From the human T2T-CHM13v2.0 reference genome, Homo sapiens, in the NCBI RefSeq assembly GCF_009914755.1, contig NC_060925.1: DNA of 64,000 bases; one strand, 5' to 3'. The position numbers and the translations under genes were made by a program. Below are positions 27,000 through 41,031 of this stretch, one piece after another (positions within the stretch are counted from its first letter, which is position 1; the number at the start of each line of letters is the position of its first letter). The notes beneath the pieces were generated by a model. The model ran no database searches. It had not been told where the DNA came from and was given only the letters and a program-made list of their open reading frames with translations.

Positions 27000-27360
27000 A
27001 CAGTGTGGACTGTTGTTCAGCCAGTGTTCATTTCCCTCTCCGTTCCACGTGGGTGGTGTGTACTTCCCTGCCCCACTGATGTTGGGCTTAGCCACATGAC
27101 TTGCTTTGGTCAGACAGGAAATTGGCAGGGCTTGGTTTGGCTTGGTTTATTGCATTCTGGTCATCTGCCATGAGCAGAACCTCCTTAGACTCTGGGGGGA
27201 AAAATGTGAAGCAGAAGTGAGATCATTCTATAGCCTACATCAACCAAACCTCAGCCAACCTGCAGACCCATAAGCTTGAGGATAAATGCTTGTTCTTGTC
27301 AGCCACTGAGCTTTGAGAAGGCTTGTTATGAAGCACTGGCGGGGCTGTAGCTGACTGACA
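27000..27360 (+). mobile_element. Old MLT1 LTR
   Basis: TACTTCCCTGCCCCACTGATGTTGGGCTTAGCCACATGACTTGCTTTGG...ATAAATGCTTGTTCTTGTCAGCCACTGAG. Confidence 0.75.
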
Positions 27361-28389
27361 TAAGATCTGAGCTATTGGAAGAAAAATTCTGTCCTGATTG
27401 GAATGGAGAGAAGGCCAGGGAGAGGGTGCAACATGAGGCTGAAAAACTCGCAGGTGCTGGAGTTTTGCAGGGCCTTATAGACCCTCTTAAAGATATTGGA
27501 AATGTTCTTGCTTTACACTGGGTAAAGCCAAGGCCAAGAGAGGCGGAGTGCCAGTGGCACATGGTAGGTTAGAGGCAGAGCCGGGGCTGGGCCCAGGCCC
27601 TTGAGGTCCCATTATACACCTGTCCTTCTTTCCTTCTGGTGATGACAACAGCAACCATTCCACAACAACATTCAGTATGATCCAGTCATGATCAATGCGT
27701 CCGGTACTACCTGATTCAATCTTGCTAACATCTGTATGTTTAGATGAAGAGACTGGGGATCAGAGAGGCTCCCTGTTCTGCTCAAGGCCACATGCTAGTT
27801 TGTTGGATCCAGTGCTCGTGACCTTCACTACTGGGCACCACTGCCCCTCACCAGCCTGGTCTCTGTGGGCTCCACTGAGCATGGGCTTCAGTGGGGCTGG
27901 GTTGAGCTGAGCTGTAGGCAGAGGGTGACATTGACCATGGGCTCTATCTTCTAACTCTGATCCTTTCTGCAACTCCCCTCTGACTTGGGTGGGCTAAATT
28001 GACACCTCAGGCAGGAGTGTGTGGGGACTGTTCATTGTAGGAAAGTGAGAGGTTCGCATCCCAACATGTGTTCCTGGTAATTACAGTCCCCTTGGTTGTC
28101 AGGCAATAACTGAGATGTCTATGGTGAGATTCCTTCTCAGAAGGGGGCCCTTGAGTGGACTTAGCCAGGTCTAATGGAAAATGACAAGGGCAAGGGAGGC
28201 TGAGGGGGGAACAGAAGAAGGAAGGACATGGGCAACTGCTACTCTTGGGATGTCGGCAGAAAGAGTCGGGGAAAGAACTCCAGAAATCCAAGAGTTCTCC
28301 CGCTGCCGTGGCCTGGAGCCTCCTTCCCCAGTTGGGCTCTGCAGAGCCACAGGGCCTGGGGAATGTCAGTGCCTGTTCTGCAGACCAGC

Positions 28390-28770
28390 AAGCCCCTGGG
28401 CATGGTGCTCCCCCACATTTCCTAGCTGTGTGCTTCCGGGGCGCATGGTAGCAGTGCACTGGCTGGCCCCTTTGTCCCCGAGCAAAGCCATGTGACCAGT
28501 TCTGGCCAACGTCTGCAAGGTGACAGTCCCGTGCATCACTTTCTGACCAGGGTGTCTCATGGGAGACTTTCAGGAATCCTGACTGAGTTTCCCCCTGCTG
28601 GGAAGCACCTGCTGGAAAGGGGTTGTGAGTGGCTACAAGGAGCAAACTCCTCTGTCACTCTGTAGGGGACATAGATCGTGAGCAAGAAACACACCTTGGT
28701 TGTTATAAGTCAGGAACATTTTGGAGATTATTGTTACTGCAGAATAACTGAGTCCAGCCTCACAGATAAA
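28390..28770 (+). mobile_element. Old MLT1 (J-like) LTR
   Basis: CACTGGCTGGCCCC..GCCATGTGACCAGTTCTGGCCAA..GAGCAAGAAACACACCTTGGTTGTTATAAG. Confidence 0.65.
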
Positions 28771-28850
28771 GTGACTCACTGAGAATGGGAAATGCTGCAA
28801 CCCCTATCTGTTTCTTGGGGATTCACAAGACATGATTATAGTGAAGGATC

Positions 28851-29066
28851 TGAGAGGAAAGAAAGAAGGAAGGAAGGAAAGAGAGAAAAGAAAGAGAAAG
28901 AAGGAAAGAAAGAGGGAGAAAAAAACAAAGGAAAGAGAAAGAAAGAATGAAAGAAAAAGAAAGAAAGAAAGAGAGAAAGAAAAGAAAGAGAACGAGAAGG
29001 AAGGAAAGAGAGAGAAGGAAAGAAGAAGGAAAGAGAAAGAAAGGAAAAGAAAAAAAAAAAAAGAAC
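28851..29066 (+). repeat. GA-rich polypurine low-complexity tract
   Basis: GAAA/GGAA/AGAG units, near-pure purine. Confidence 0.92.
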
Positions 29067-30187
29067 AGCATGTTTACTTTGTTTTAATTCAAGGTTTTCT
29101 GGACTTATAGACTAGCAAGCCATCCTTCCCATGAATATCCAATGGAACATCTCTGGGAAAGGCTGGTAGGGAGTGAGTGTCCGGGACAGCAGGGTGGCAG
29201 CACAAACCTTCCACGGTGCTCTCCCAGACTCAAGGGGCGCCGCTGGAAGATGTCTCATGTGAGACATGCTCATGGGCTGTGACGAGGAGGGCAGCATTGG
29301 GAGAGGATTTGAGCACTCAGAGGGGAGCTGGGAAATCTGCTTATAAACCTGGCTCTGTCACGGGCTTCCTGTCCTCCATGGAGAGTCCTCTACCCTCTCT
29401 AAACCACAATGTCCTTCCTCAACACCCAGGCTCGTAGGGAGGATGGAATAATTCTGCACAGTGGAGGTGCCAGCGTTGGCCCGTTGCAGCTGTCCCAGAT
29501 GTGCCGGCAGCTGTCTGATGGGTGGACCACAGCCATGCAGTGAGCACAGAGCCAGGACAAGTTGAACCTGCCAGAGAGCGACGGCAGGCTCTGGAGAGCA
29601 GGACCTGGCCATCTGTAGACGCATCGGTAACACAACAGTCCCACTAATTACCCCTGGGAGGCCCCCCAGCTCCCCTGTCAGGGTGTTGAGTTCCACCAGA
29701 GTTTCCAGACTGAGATTCCTGAGCCAACATGCTTTCCTGCAACCCACAACCCCAGGGATGTGGGGTTTTGCCCTAGGACTCTCTGGCTGGGACTTGCCAT
29801 TGGCCAGAACCCATGGAAATGGATCTGATCTTCCTACTTTCATTTGGGTCTCTGGGGGGCCCTCAGGGCTCAGCTGTCTCCCTGCAGGTCCCCAGGGCCT
29901 CCCATTTCTACATTCCCATGGACTACAGCTTCTCCCAGCAAAGGCTTTTCCCAGCCTCAGGCCCTGCAAGATGCCAAGCTGTGACAGATGCTCCTATGTC
30001 CTGTTGGGAGCTGAAAATATACTGGCTCTGAAATGTTGCTCTTTTCTCTGAGCCTCAGTTAAATAACTGCAGCAGGGGAACATGGACCATGTCAGGCATT
30101 TTCAAACCATTTTTTAAAAACCACGGAGGACAGGAAGCCCGTGGACCTTTTCCTTTGGATAAAACCTTAGATGGGTCTCTGATATTA

Positions 30188-30690
<503 letters not shown>

Positions 30691-31819
30691 GTTACTGGTT
30701 AAACCCACTCGGAGATCCCCCAGCTCACAGGCAGGCCACAGCTCAATGAGATGGAACCCCTACTGCCTCACCCTCCTTCCCTCCTGAGGATCCCCACCCC
30801 ACACTCCCTGGTGCCACAGGAGCAAGTCCTCTGCCCCTCCCTCCTATGAATCAGCCCCATGGCTCCACCTCAGTCAGACCCGGCCTCCCCTGCCTCTGAT
30901 GGCCAGGTAGCTTCCCAGAGGCTGCCGCTGTTGTCCAGTGGTGCTAAGGTGCTCACAGCATAGCTGCGTAGGCTGGGCTTGGCCCCATCCCCTTTCAGGC
31001 CAGCCCCCACCCCACCACTGCCTTCGCCAACAGGGTCTGCAGCGGTTAGATGCCAGAGGTGGAGTCAGGACAATTTCCATCCTGGTTGGGGATCCCTGTT
31101 TTTTTCACAACCTCACCTAGCCAAGTCAGAGCCTGAGCTGTGCCTCATCTCTGCAGCATCTGGGGCAGGGGCTCGGTCACCCTCTTGGCTCTGGGAACCA
31201 GCGTGACAGCCTTCGAGCCTGCAGGAGTCCCCCTGGCACCAGCCGCTTTCTCACCTGCCCGCTGAAGAGGGAAGCTCATTAGTGACAAATTAGCATTATT
31301 ATTCAACTCCACTGCCCTGTCAGGGGCTTACACAAGGGACCCATCAGGCGCCTGGTCTGTGGGCCCACATGTCCTTGCTTGAGATTTTAATAATCTCCAA
31401 AGGTGTTTTTTTAACGTAGTAATAATAATGATGATGATAATCAGAGGACACAGTGGCATTCCCTCCCACAGGGCCTCTGCAAGCTGACTCATGGTGCCTG
31501 GTGGGAAAGCCTGAGGTTGGGGGTGGGGTGCAAAAATCACTCCCTGAAATCACCACAAACCGGGGTGATAACAGACATGCTAATCTGCCTCCTTCTTCTA
31601 GAATCACGTCAGCATGATTGGCGAATTCCCTGCCCAGTTTCAAATGTCTTAAGAAGCACGAGTTATCTTCATGAGTTCCACACAATCCTTTTTGGGGAAC
31701 TCCTTGAGATGTTAATGGATCCCCTCTTGTTTCTTTTAAAATGATTTCCTTCCACCAGATCACCTGAGATTTGAGATTTCACAGGAGAGGGAACAATCTT
31801 ACACTTAACAGAGCCCCCT

Positions 31820-32430
31820 CCATCAGAGAGAACCCTTTTGGGAGCAAGTGACAGAAAAAAATTAATTCAAGCTGCCTCAAATCACCACTACAACAGGTGA
31901 TTTGTCAGAGCCAGAATGCATAAGTTTGGGTGATACTTCAGGTCTGGTTGGATCCAGGTCACTCTAAAAATATTGTCAGGATAAAAATATTTCATTTATA
32001 CAAAATATAATCAGTCCTCAATATAAAAATGTTGATCTTTCTCTCTCCACTGCTTGGCTCTGCGTTCCTTTGTGTTCTCTATTCCCAGGCTCTTCCTTCA
32101 GGGTGGCACGATGGCTGCCAGCACCTCCAAGCTGCCATTCCATCCTCTAAGTGGGAGTCTTTCTGTTGCCCAGCAATCCCCATTGAAGACCAGCACTGAC
32201 TCCTGTGGGGTCCCATTGGCCCAGTTAGAGTCACATGCTCAACTCTGAACCAATCGATGTGGCCAGAAGAAGGAGAGGTTCTGATTGGACAGGGCTGGAA
32301 CACATGCCCATTCCTGGAGCAATAAACGAGAGGATCCCACTAAAGACACCTGGACTGAGAGGGAGGAGGCTTTGCCATCCCAGGAAGCCAGAGTAAACTT
32401 ATGGGAAGTAAAGGGGATGCATTCTGGGCA
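31820..32430 (-). mobile_element. Old MLT1 (K/L-like) LTR
   Basis: TTTTGGGAGCAAGTGACAGAAA..CTTCAGGTCTGGTTGGATCCAGG..ATTGGCCCAGTTAGAGTCACATGCTCAACTCTGAACCAATC. Confidence 0.65.
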
Positions 32431-32874
32431 GACAATACCTAGATGGATATTTATGTATATTTATGCTTTAGATGGCACCACTACATCCCCATCCTTGACC
32501 ACTACCACATTCACAGCTCCCAAATTCGGAGCTGGCCCATGTTTCAGTCAACCCCAGACCAAGGCAAAGCATTTATCAGCCAGACGGTTGACTACAGCAC
32601 AAGATCTTGGCAATAGTCAACTGAAATACAGGGAATCACAGATGTTAAGTCACTAAGTCCAACCTTGCCACCACAGCCTCCCTGAGAGGCTGGCAGTACT
32701 TCTGGGGACTCGCTCCTCCTGGGCAGCTTTGTCCACTAGAAGGTGGGTTCCTTGAGGGCAAGGACTTTGTTCCTTCACTTTTTTTTTAATTTCCAGGACC
32801 AAGGACAGTGCCCAGTATGCATTGTTGCATGAATTTTCACAATTGGCTTTGACTTTTAAAAATATTCTCCTCGT

Positions 32875-33201
32875 GATGAGTTCATGTCCTTTGCAGGGAC
32901 ATGGATGAAGCAGGAAACCATCATTCTAAGCAAACTATCACAAGGACAGAAAACCAAACACCACATGTTCTCATTCATAGGTGGGAGTTGAACAATGAGA
33001 ACACATGGACACAGGGTAGGAAACATCACACACTGGGGCCTGTTGCAGGGTGGGGGGATGGGGGAGGGATAGCATTAGGAGAAATACCTAATGTAAATGA
33101 TGAGTTGATGGGTGCAGCAAACCAACATGGCATAGGTATACCTATGTGACAAACCTGCACGTTGTGCACACGTACTCTAGAACTTAAAGTATAATAAAAA
33201 A
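32875..33201 (+). mobile_element. L1PA 3' end (5'-truncated)
   Basis: GATGAGTTCATGTCCTTTGCAGGGACATGGATGAAG...AACTTAAAGTATAATAAAAA. Confidence 0.96.
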
Positions 33202-33289
33202 TATATTGTCCTTTTATGTATATTTAATCAAAATTAAACTTCTGGGGGTTTCCATCTTCTCAGAAACACTTTATGTTTTCCAGGGGACC

Positions 33290-33700
33290 ACATGTCAGGC
33301 ATTTGAAGACTACCAGAAGTCTCTCACCTCTACCCATCTAGTCTCTCCCTAGGCTACACAGGACTAGTTTATTCAGCTCTTCTCCATATGGTATGGTTTG
33401 GAGTCCCTCTCCCCTTTCTGGATGCCCACTCTAGACCCAATCCTGTTGGTCAATATATTGCCCAAAATGTGATGCCAGTTTTCTAGGGGTGGGAATACTG
33501 TAGTACAATAAAATGATCACCTCCCACATGCTACCTACTCTGCCTCTATTAATATGACCAGCAGCATCCCGTTGTTGTTTGGATCACCATATTTCATTAA
33601 AGACCCACAATATACTTGCTGTTTTCTAAACCCTTGTGTTTTTCACATATCCTAACTATGGCTTTCCCATTCCTTACTTATGTGGTTGACTTTTTATATA
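33290..33700 (-). mobile_element. L3/CR1 fragment
   Basis: AGGCATTTGAAGAC..TTCAGCTCTTCTCCATATGG..AAAATGTGATGCCAG..TCTATTAATATG antisense L3 3' region. Confidence 0.65.
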
Positions 33701-33823
33701 GCTCCTGATACCCAAGAAGAATAAGGTCATGGTGTAGAAGTTGAGGATGGAGGAAATTAATTTTTTTGGGTGTGGGGTGCTTCCTATATGCCAAGCACAC
33801 CATATTTACTTCTTACAACTATT

Positions 33824-34137
33824 TTCTTCTTCTTCTTCTTCTTCTTCTTCTTCTTCTTCTTCTTCTTCTTTTTTTGAGATGGCTGAAAGTGCAATGGTGT
33901 GATCTCGGCTCACCGCAACCTCCACCTCCCGGGTTCAAGTGAGTCTCCTGCCTCAGCCTCCTGAGTAGCTGGGATTACAGACATGTGCCACCATGCCTAG
34001 CTAATTTTTGTATTTTTAGTAGAGACAGGGTTTCTACATGTTGGTCTGGCTGGTTTCGAACTCCCAACCTCAGGTGATCTGCCTGCCTCAGCCTCCCAAA
34101 ATGTTGGGATTACAGGCATGAGCCACCACACCTGGCC
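33824..34137 (-). mobile_element. Alu (antisense) with (TTC)15 tail
   Basis: TTC x15 at 33824-33868, Alu body to CCTGGCC. Confidence 0.95.
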
Positions 34138-34499
34138 TAACTATTTGCTTCTTACAACACTATGAGGTAGGTATAATTATCCCCAATTTATGGATGTGGC
34201 AACTGAGGCTCAGAGAAGTTCTTCACTTGTAAATGTCACACAACTGAAAGGAGGCACATTCAGGATTCAAATCCAGACTTGCCTGGTCCCCAAGCCTACG
34301 CTTCTGTAGCAACACCATGAGTCCCTCCCAGGAACCAGAGTGTGACTCGAAGGTATGGCAGCCAGCCCACTCCGGAGAGGGTTTCATTGTGCCTATAAGT
34401 TCTCCTTGTTGTCCCAGCCCTGCCCAAACTCATCCCATTGTACCCACTCTGACCCTCCTTCTGGATCTTGCTTCCAGCATATGGCAGGAACCCATCATA

Positions 34500-35130
34500 C
34501 TCGTAAAGTTCTCTGCGTCCATCTGCCTGCTTGGCACAGCTGCATCTGTAGGGCACCATGGACAGCAGATGGGGGGGGTCAGCGAGTCCGGGGCCTGTGA
34601 GCCATCTTGGAAAAGGTACACAGAAGAGAAAAAGGCCAGCGTGGCCGGCTGCATTCCTGCCTCCATTCACCAGCTGTCAAGGGGGCTCACCAGTTAAGTG
34701 GCTGCTTAGGGCTTTCAAAACCACTAATCAAACCTGCCAAAAGTTTAAAAAAGGGCTTTAAAAAATTTTTCTCTTCATTTATTTTTTTAACTATGTTAAA
34801 AGGTTCATTAAAGATCTGCAAAGGATGAAGAAGCCTTTTCCAGCTTTCCTCCTCCCCCACTCAATAATTAAGAACGTGGCTCCCCCAAACGTTACTTTTC
34901 ATATCTCCCCCATTGGCAGCAGAAAATGCAGATGGGAGTTCAGAAGCGTCTCGTTAGCATGTCTGCCTTGCAAGGAATTGCTCGTTAATGGGAGATGCTG
35001 GGAGTTGGTAATTTTGTAAAAATTCATTGGTATTGTCAGCAGACAGCTTCCCCAGCCCTTGCCTGGGCCCTGCCTGCTCTCTTTCTTGTATTTGGAACTC
35101 AGCTGGTAAACAATCAAAGAAAAGATGCCC
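34500..35130. promoter_or_regulatory. Candidate enhancer: E-box cluster plus AT-rich block with FOX/SOX/TCF composite
   Basis: E-boxes at 34520, 34537, 34543, 34566, 34671; TTAAGTGG; TAATTA; GTAAACAATCAAAG 35106-35119. Confidence 0.45.
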
Positions 35131-36466
35131 CCCACTGAGAATCCAGACAGAGTAGATCCCCTCAAGGAACTCTCCGGTATAAGTGGCATTTGGGAAGCTG
35201 CCGCAAGAGTGCCCCCAGAGAGAACAGTCTCCCACCGTGGTGGGAGCCAGGGCTGCACGGGAATTGTGCTAGACTTAGAGTCAGGAAACCTAGACCAGTG
35301 ATCCTGTCTCAGTCTCTGAGTTACCTGGGGCAGATGGCTTTATCTTCTGGCCTCAGTTTCCACATCTGTGAATTGGAGATCACAATGTCTTCCTTGCAAT
35401 ATTGCCACGAGGGTTACATGGGAACAGGAGCAATTAGAATGACGGCTGCTATGAATAGAGCATTTGCCAAAGCAAGATACTCTGTGAAGGCCCTCAAAAC
35501 ATCTATTTTACAGGAAATAAAACAGGTTCAGAGAGGTGGAGTGGCTTGACAGTCGCCACACAGCTAGGAAGTATACTGGGATTTGAAGGCAGGCATTCCT
35601 CTTTCCAGAGCCCTATATGTGTGGCCCATTCTTATTTCAATCAGATTTTATGTGCAATGGTGACCATAACCACCGTTTGTATGGAAGAGTTTCCATGCTT
35701 GCCTGATTTTGCAGATGTGAGCTGTCAGCCTCCAGGACTGGGAAAAGTAAAAGGGACCATGATTGATTTTCAGAGATGGAGAAACAGAGGGCAAGAAAGG
35801 AGTGACTGGCCAAGGGCCCCATAATGCACAGAGCAGTGTACACTCCAGGTACTTAGAGGGACCAGATTTCACTGGGGTGCCAAGGAAGGAACAGGCCTGG
35901 CATCAAAATCCACATGCTAATGGAATAGAAAATCCAACGTGGAGTAAAGGGAAAGGTACAAATAACCAGCAGAGCCTCACCTCATTTATTTGGCAGATAC
36001 TCTCTGAGGGTACTAGGTGTGCACAATGGGGATAAAGCGACATTGTTTTAGATGTCTGCCTAAGGCACTTCCAAGCCATCTGTTGTACAGAAGCAAAACG
36101 CACAGTCCTCCCTGAGCACCATCAGACCCTGCCACCCCCTGCAACCTCATCCCCCAGGACTCCTCTTCCTCCTCACCCTCCACCATGAGCCTCGGGCCAT
36201 TGCCTCAAATGTTCCTCTACCCCCAGTGTTTCCATGATGGGCTTCTCTTTATCCTTCAGGTTTCAGATCCCATGGCACTGCCTTAAAGACATCCTCCTTG
36301 ATCCATCCCTAGAAAAGAGGCTCCTTCCCTCCCCTCATAGTCTCTGTCTTCCCATCCTTTTTTGTTTTCTTTATAGCAATGAGCATCCTTCGCAGTTCTT
36401 TAACCTTTGTGTACTTCTTTCACCTCTTTCTCTTCAGTTAGACAGAAGTTACTTGAGGACAGTGAC

Positions 36467-36839
36467 TGTATTAGTCTGTTCTCATGCTACTAATAAAGAC
36501 ATACCCAAGACTGGGTAGTTTATAAAGGAGAGAGGTTTAACGGACTCGCAGTTCCACAAGGCTTGGGAGGCCTTGCAATCATGGTGGAAGGTGAAGGAGG
36601 AGCAAAGGCACGTCTTACGTGTCTTACATGGCAACAGGCAAGACAGCATGAGCAGGGGAACTGTCCTTTATAAAACCATCAGAACTCATGAGACTTATTC
36701 ATTATCATGAGAACAGCACAGAGAAAACCTGCCCCCATGATTCAATTACCTCCCACTGGGTCCCTCCCACAACACGTGGGAATTATGGGAGCTGCAATTC
36801 AAGATGAGATTTGGGTGGGGACACAGCCAAACCATATCA
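36467..36839 (-). mobile_element. THE1 solo LTR inserted in an L2 remnant
   Basis: TGTATTAGTCTGTTCTCATGCTACTAATAAAGACATACCC...CAAACCATATCA; TSD GTGAC/GTAAC. Confidence 0.93.
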
Positions 36840-38199
36840 GTAACAAAACAAGCTTGTCTTGTTTTCTATCACATCTCTAGGCTCTGACACTTAGTAGGTG
36901 CTCAGGAAGTATTGATTGAAATAACCACATACAAGACATACCAATTGCCCCCTGCAGAGCTTAGGAGGTCATAGGTTGTACTGGCAGGTGGTAGAAAAAA
37001 AGAGCTAATCCCGGGGAGGCTTCCTGGTGGGATGCTGCCTCCAGGGTTGGGAATGGCCTGGGCACAGCCTTGGCAGATAGAGAGGAGGGCTGAGAGCAGG
37101 GGGATCTTGGAGCTTGGGGGAATCGCTGTACATGGCAGCTGAGCTCCCTGGGTTCTCAGAGGAGAGGGTCTAGCCCTTCTCTTGTGGCCTCTGGTGACAG
37201 GACAGTGGAGGATAGTTGCCGTTAACACTTGGCCATATCACCGGCTGAGCTGATTGAGGCCAAGGAGCAGGGAGCTCAGTAGCTGGGCTGCCAACAAACC
37301 CTGATCTCAGTCTCCAGCCTGCTGCCGTAGCAGCTGGAACTCTGTTCCTAAGCCAGACAGAGAAGAGGAAAATAAAAGGAGAAAGAAAGAAACCCTCACC
37401 AATTCCCTGGGAAGCATTTGCAAACAACATCTCATTGAACAAGGAATGCATGCAAGGTTCACGCGGGTGGCAGGCAGGGTAGTAAGTGACCTCATTTCTG
37501 TTGCTGACACGGGCCCACCTGCTGCCAGGCGTGGCAGAGCAAGCCGCTACACGGGCCTCGCCAAGCGGGAGCTTCTGCCCAGCAAGATATTTCTTCCTGG
37601 AAGGAAGCACTGAGGCTCAGCCAGACCTGCAGGGATCTGAAGAGCATTGTTCTTTCCTGTTTTAACATCCCAGGTCAACAGCCATTCCCCAGTGACTGCT
37701 GAGTCCAGGGCTCTGAGCTTCCAGCTGAGAAAGCAGATGAAAAAGCCACAAACCTGCCTTGAGAGGCTGGTGGTCTGGAAGGGGAGAGGACACAGAGAAC
37801 AGACAATGGAATCAGTGCAGGAGTGATGAGGGAAAAAGGAAGGACCACCTGAGGCTGACAAGCCCTGGAACCCCAACCCTCCATTTACCGAGAAGTGCCT
37901 AAAGGTCATGGGTGGCATCCTGGGTGGTGAAGCACCTGTTACTTGGAAGTACTAATGCTCCATGGTCGTCATCACCTTGCCAAGCCTAGCTCCTCCTAGG
38001 TCCATGGTTGGATCTGCATGTCCCAGGTAAGACAGGGGATCTGCACAGATGTCAGCCAGGGTTCCCTGGCCCCAGAGGCCAGGCAGACAGTAAAAATAAA
38101 GAGGCCTGGAGGGTTTTCTGCAAGGTTGGCATAGATTGTTAATTTAGGGGTAAAGAGTGGTGATGGGAGGCTGGTTATGAGTTGCAGTGCAGAAGGTTT

Positions 38200-38440
38200 G
38201 GTGATGGTGATGATGGGATCAGTTGTCACAGTGGCTGTGGTCGTGATACTCAAAGAAATAAGGAAGTTGCTGGCAGTGATGCAGAATCGTGATAACAGTG
38301 GCAATTGTGGCAGTAGAAGAAAGGTGGTGGTGATGCAGGCGGTGGCAGTGGTGATGCAGCAGGTGATGATGAAAGGAGAGAGTTTGTGATGACAATGGTG
38401 ACAGTGGTGACGCTGATGGTGCTGAAGATTGGGATGATGT
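38200..38440 (+). repeat. Degenerate (TGG/TGA)n low-complexity repeat
   Basis: GGTGATGGTGATGATG..GTGGCAGTGGTGATG. Confidence 0.75.
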
Positions 38441-39185
38441 CCAGATCCATCTCGCACAGGCCAATCCTTCAGAACTGGAAGTGCAGACAGCCGCAGACAC
38501 CACTTGTCTCCATCCTCAGGCAAGACTTGCTAAAATCTCTTTGTAGCAGGCTAGCTAACAACAGAGCTTTTTTCGGGGAAAACATGTTTTCCGATCCATA
38601 GTACACATCCAATTGTCTCCACTGGTCTTTAGCTAGTGCCTGACATCCAGGCAAGGGAGAATTTCCAATGCCCCTGAAGACTTCACAGTGGCCTTCTAGA
38701 GACATAGACATGGCCTGGCCATCTAGGGAGGGTCCCAAGAAGGGGGATTATCCTGGAAGGATTATTCACAGAGAAAACAATGTCCATCAGTAGAAGAAGG
38801 CGTGGTTTTGCACATTGGGAGACAGTCCAGCTTAGGGGGTAGTGGTTAATATTAAAGATCAGGACAGGCTCTCCAAGCAATTCAAACATCAAGTTCCAGC
38901 TCCAAAGTCACCTCCTCAAACAAGACCTCCCTGATTGCCCCTGGCCTGAGGAGGGCCCTGCTGGCCTCCTGAGTACTCCCCTAGCACCTTCTTAGTCCAT
39001 GATTATGTGGACAAAGTTTTATAATAATTGACCACATGTCTGTTTTCTGCATAGACTGTACCTTCTTTAAAGGCAGGGACCTGGTCTGCTTGTTGGTAGA
39101 ACCCGGGGTCTGGTACACAACAGGCAGCTGATAAATGATGACAGGCACTGACACGGTGGGCTCTCCCTCTGTCCATCTCCTCCTG

Positions 39186-39563
39186 GTCTTGGTCAGTTCG
39201 GCTGCTATAACAAAATACCATAGATTGGGTGGTTCACACAATAGACATTTATTTCTCATAGTTCTGGAAGCTGGAAGTCCAAGACCAAATTGCCAACTGA
39301 TTCAGTTCCTGGTGAGGGTCCCTTTCTTGGCCTTCATAAGGCTGTCTTCTCACTGTGTCCTCACGTGGCAGATAAAAGGACAGAGGAGAGCACGTTCTTT
39401 GGCCTCGTCTTATAAGACCACTAGTCCCATTCTGAGGATTCCTTATGAACTCATCTCACCTTAATTACCTCCGAAAAGGCCCCACCTTCAAATGCCATCA
39501 TATGTGGGTTAGGACTTCAACATAAGAATTCAGGAGGGGGGACACACACATTCAGTCCACAAA
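39186..39563 (-). mobile_element. MLT1A-like LTR
   Basis: TCAGTTCGGCTGCTATAACAAAATACCATAGATTGGGTGG..GTTCTGGAAGCTGGAAGTCCAAGA..ACATTCAGTCCAC. Confidence 0.88.
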
Positions 39564-40462
39564 ACTGATCATATCGCTGGGGAGCCATAGAGCAGTTCTT
39601 CCGAAGGGGCGGGATTAGACAAACCCAGGACTGGTACGCAGCTGGAGAAACTGAGGCTAACGCAGGCTGTTATAGAGAAGCTAGGTGAGGACATCCCCTG
39701 GGACTCTCTGCCTTGTCCCGGGCTGCCTGTCAGCGGATCTCCTCACTGGCATGAAATTTCTGGGCCCTTAAGAAGTTCCAAAATGTCTTAATTAATGACC
39801 AGGGACAGTTCAGACCCTGGGGAGGGAGCTTCAGTTTCCAGGCAGGCAGAGAGAGGGTGATCACAGGGACAGCTCCCAGCAAGAGCCATCCTCTGGGATG
39901 CCTCGGGGAAGAATTGGCTTCCTGGAGGAATTTAGGGAAAATAAGGTTGCCTGCTGCCTTATTGCTGGGAACAGCCTTGGGCTTCTTGAGTGGGGGATCT
40001 TTCTTCCTTCCTCACTCCCTTCCTCAATCAGTTACTGTGGGCTTCCTATATGCCAGGACCCTGGGGCAACACCATGCACTCACTCACCCACCCATCAATA
40101 TTTACTGAGCACTAGTGTATGCCAGGCACTGTTCTCAGTGAGGGAGATGCAGTGGTGGCTAAGACGGCCACTGCCGACACCCTGCAGAGCACACAGTCTG
40201 GTAAACATGCAGAGAAAATCAGGCCCAGAATCATCCCGAATGAGGGGGAGGAAGGGCTTGCCCACAAATAGCTGAAACATGAGGATGAGAGGGACCAGGG
40301 TCACGTGGCACAGTGGAAAGAACACAGGCTTTGGAGGGAGACTGGCGTGGTCCAGATCAGGTGTGCATCTCACCTCTCTGAGTCTCAGCTTCCTCATATG
40401 TAAAATGGAGATGATACCTGCTTACTAGAGCTGTTAAGAGCATTTTTAAAAGGCAACTCCAA

Positions 40463-41031
<569 letters not shown>

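Noticed and set aside
28007-28645. 212-aa minus ORF
   Set aside because: Partly within an MLT1 LTR, GC-rich, no recognisable domain
29358-29969. 203-aa minus ORF
   Set aside because: No recognisable domain or exon structure; plausible by chance at this GC content
32901-33149. 82-aa ORF
   Set aside because: Lies within the L1PA 3' end
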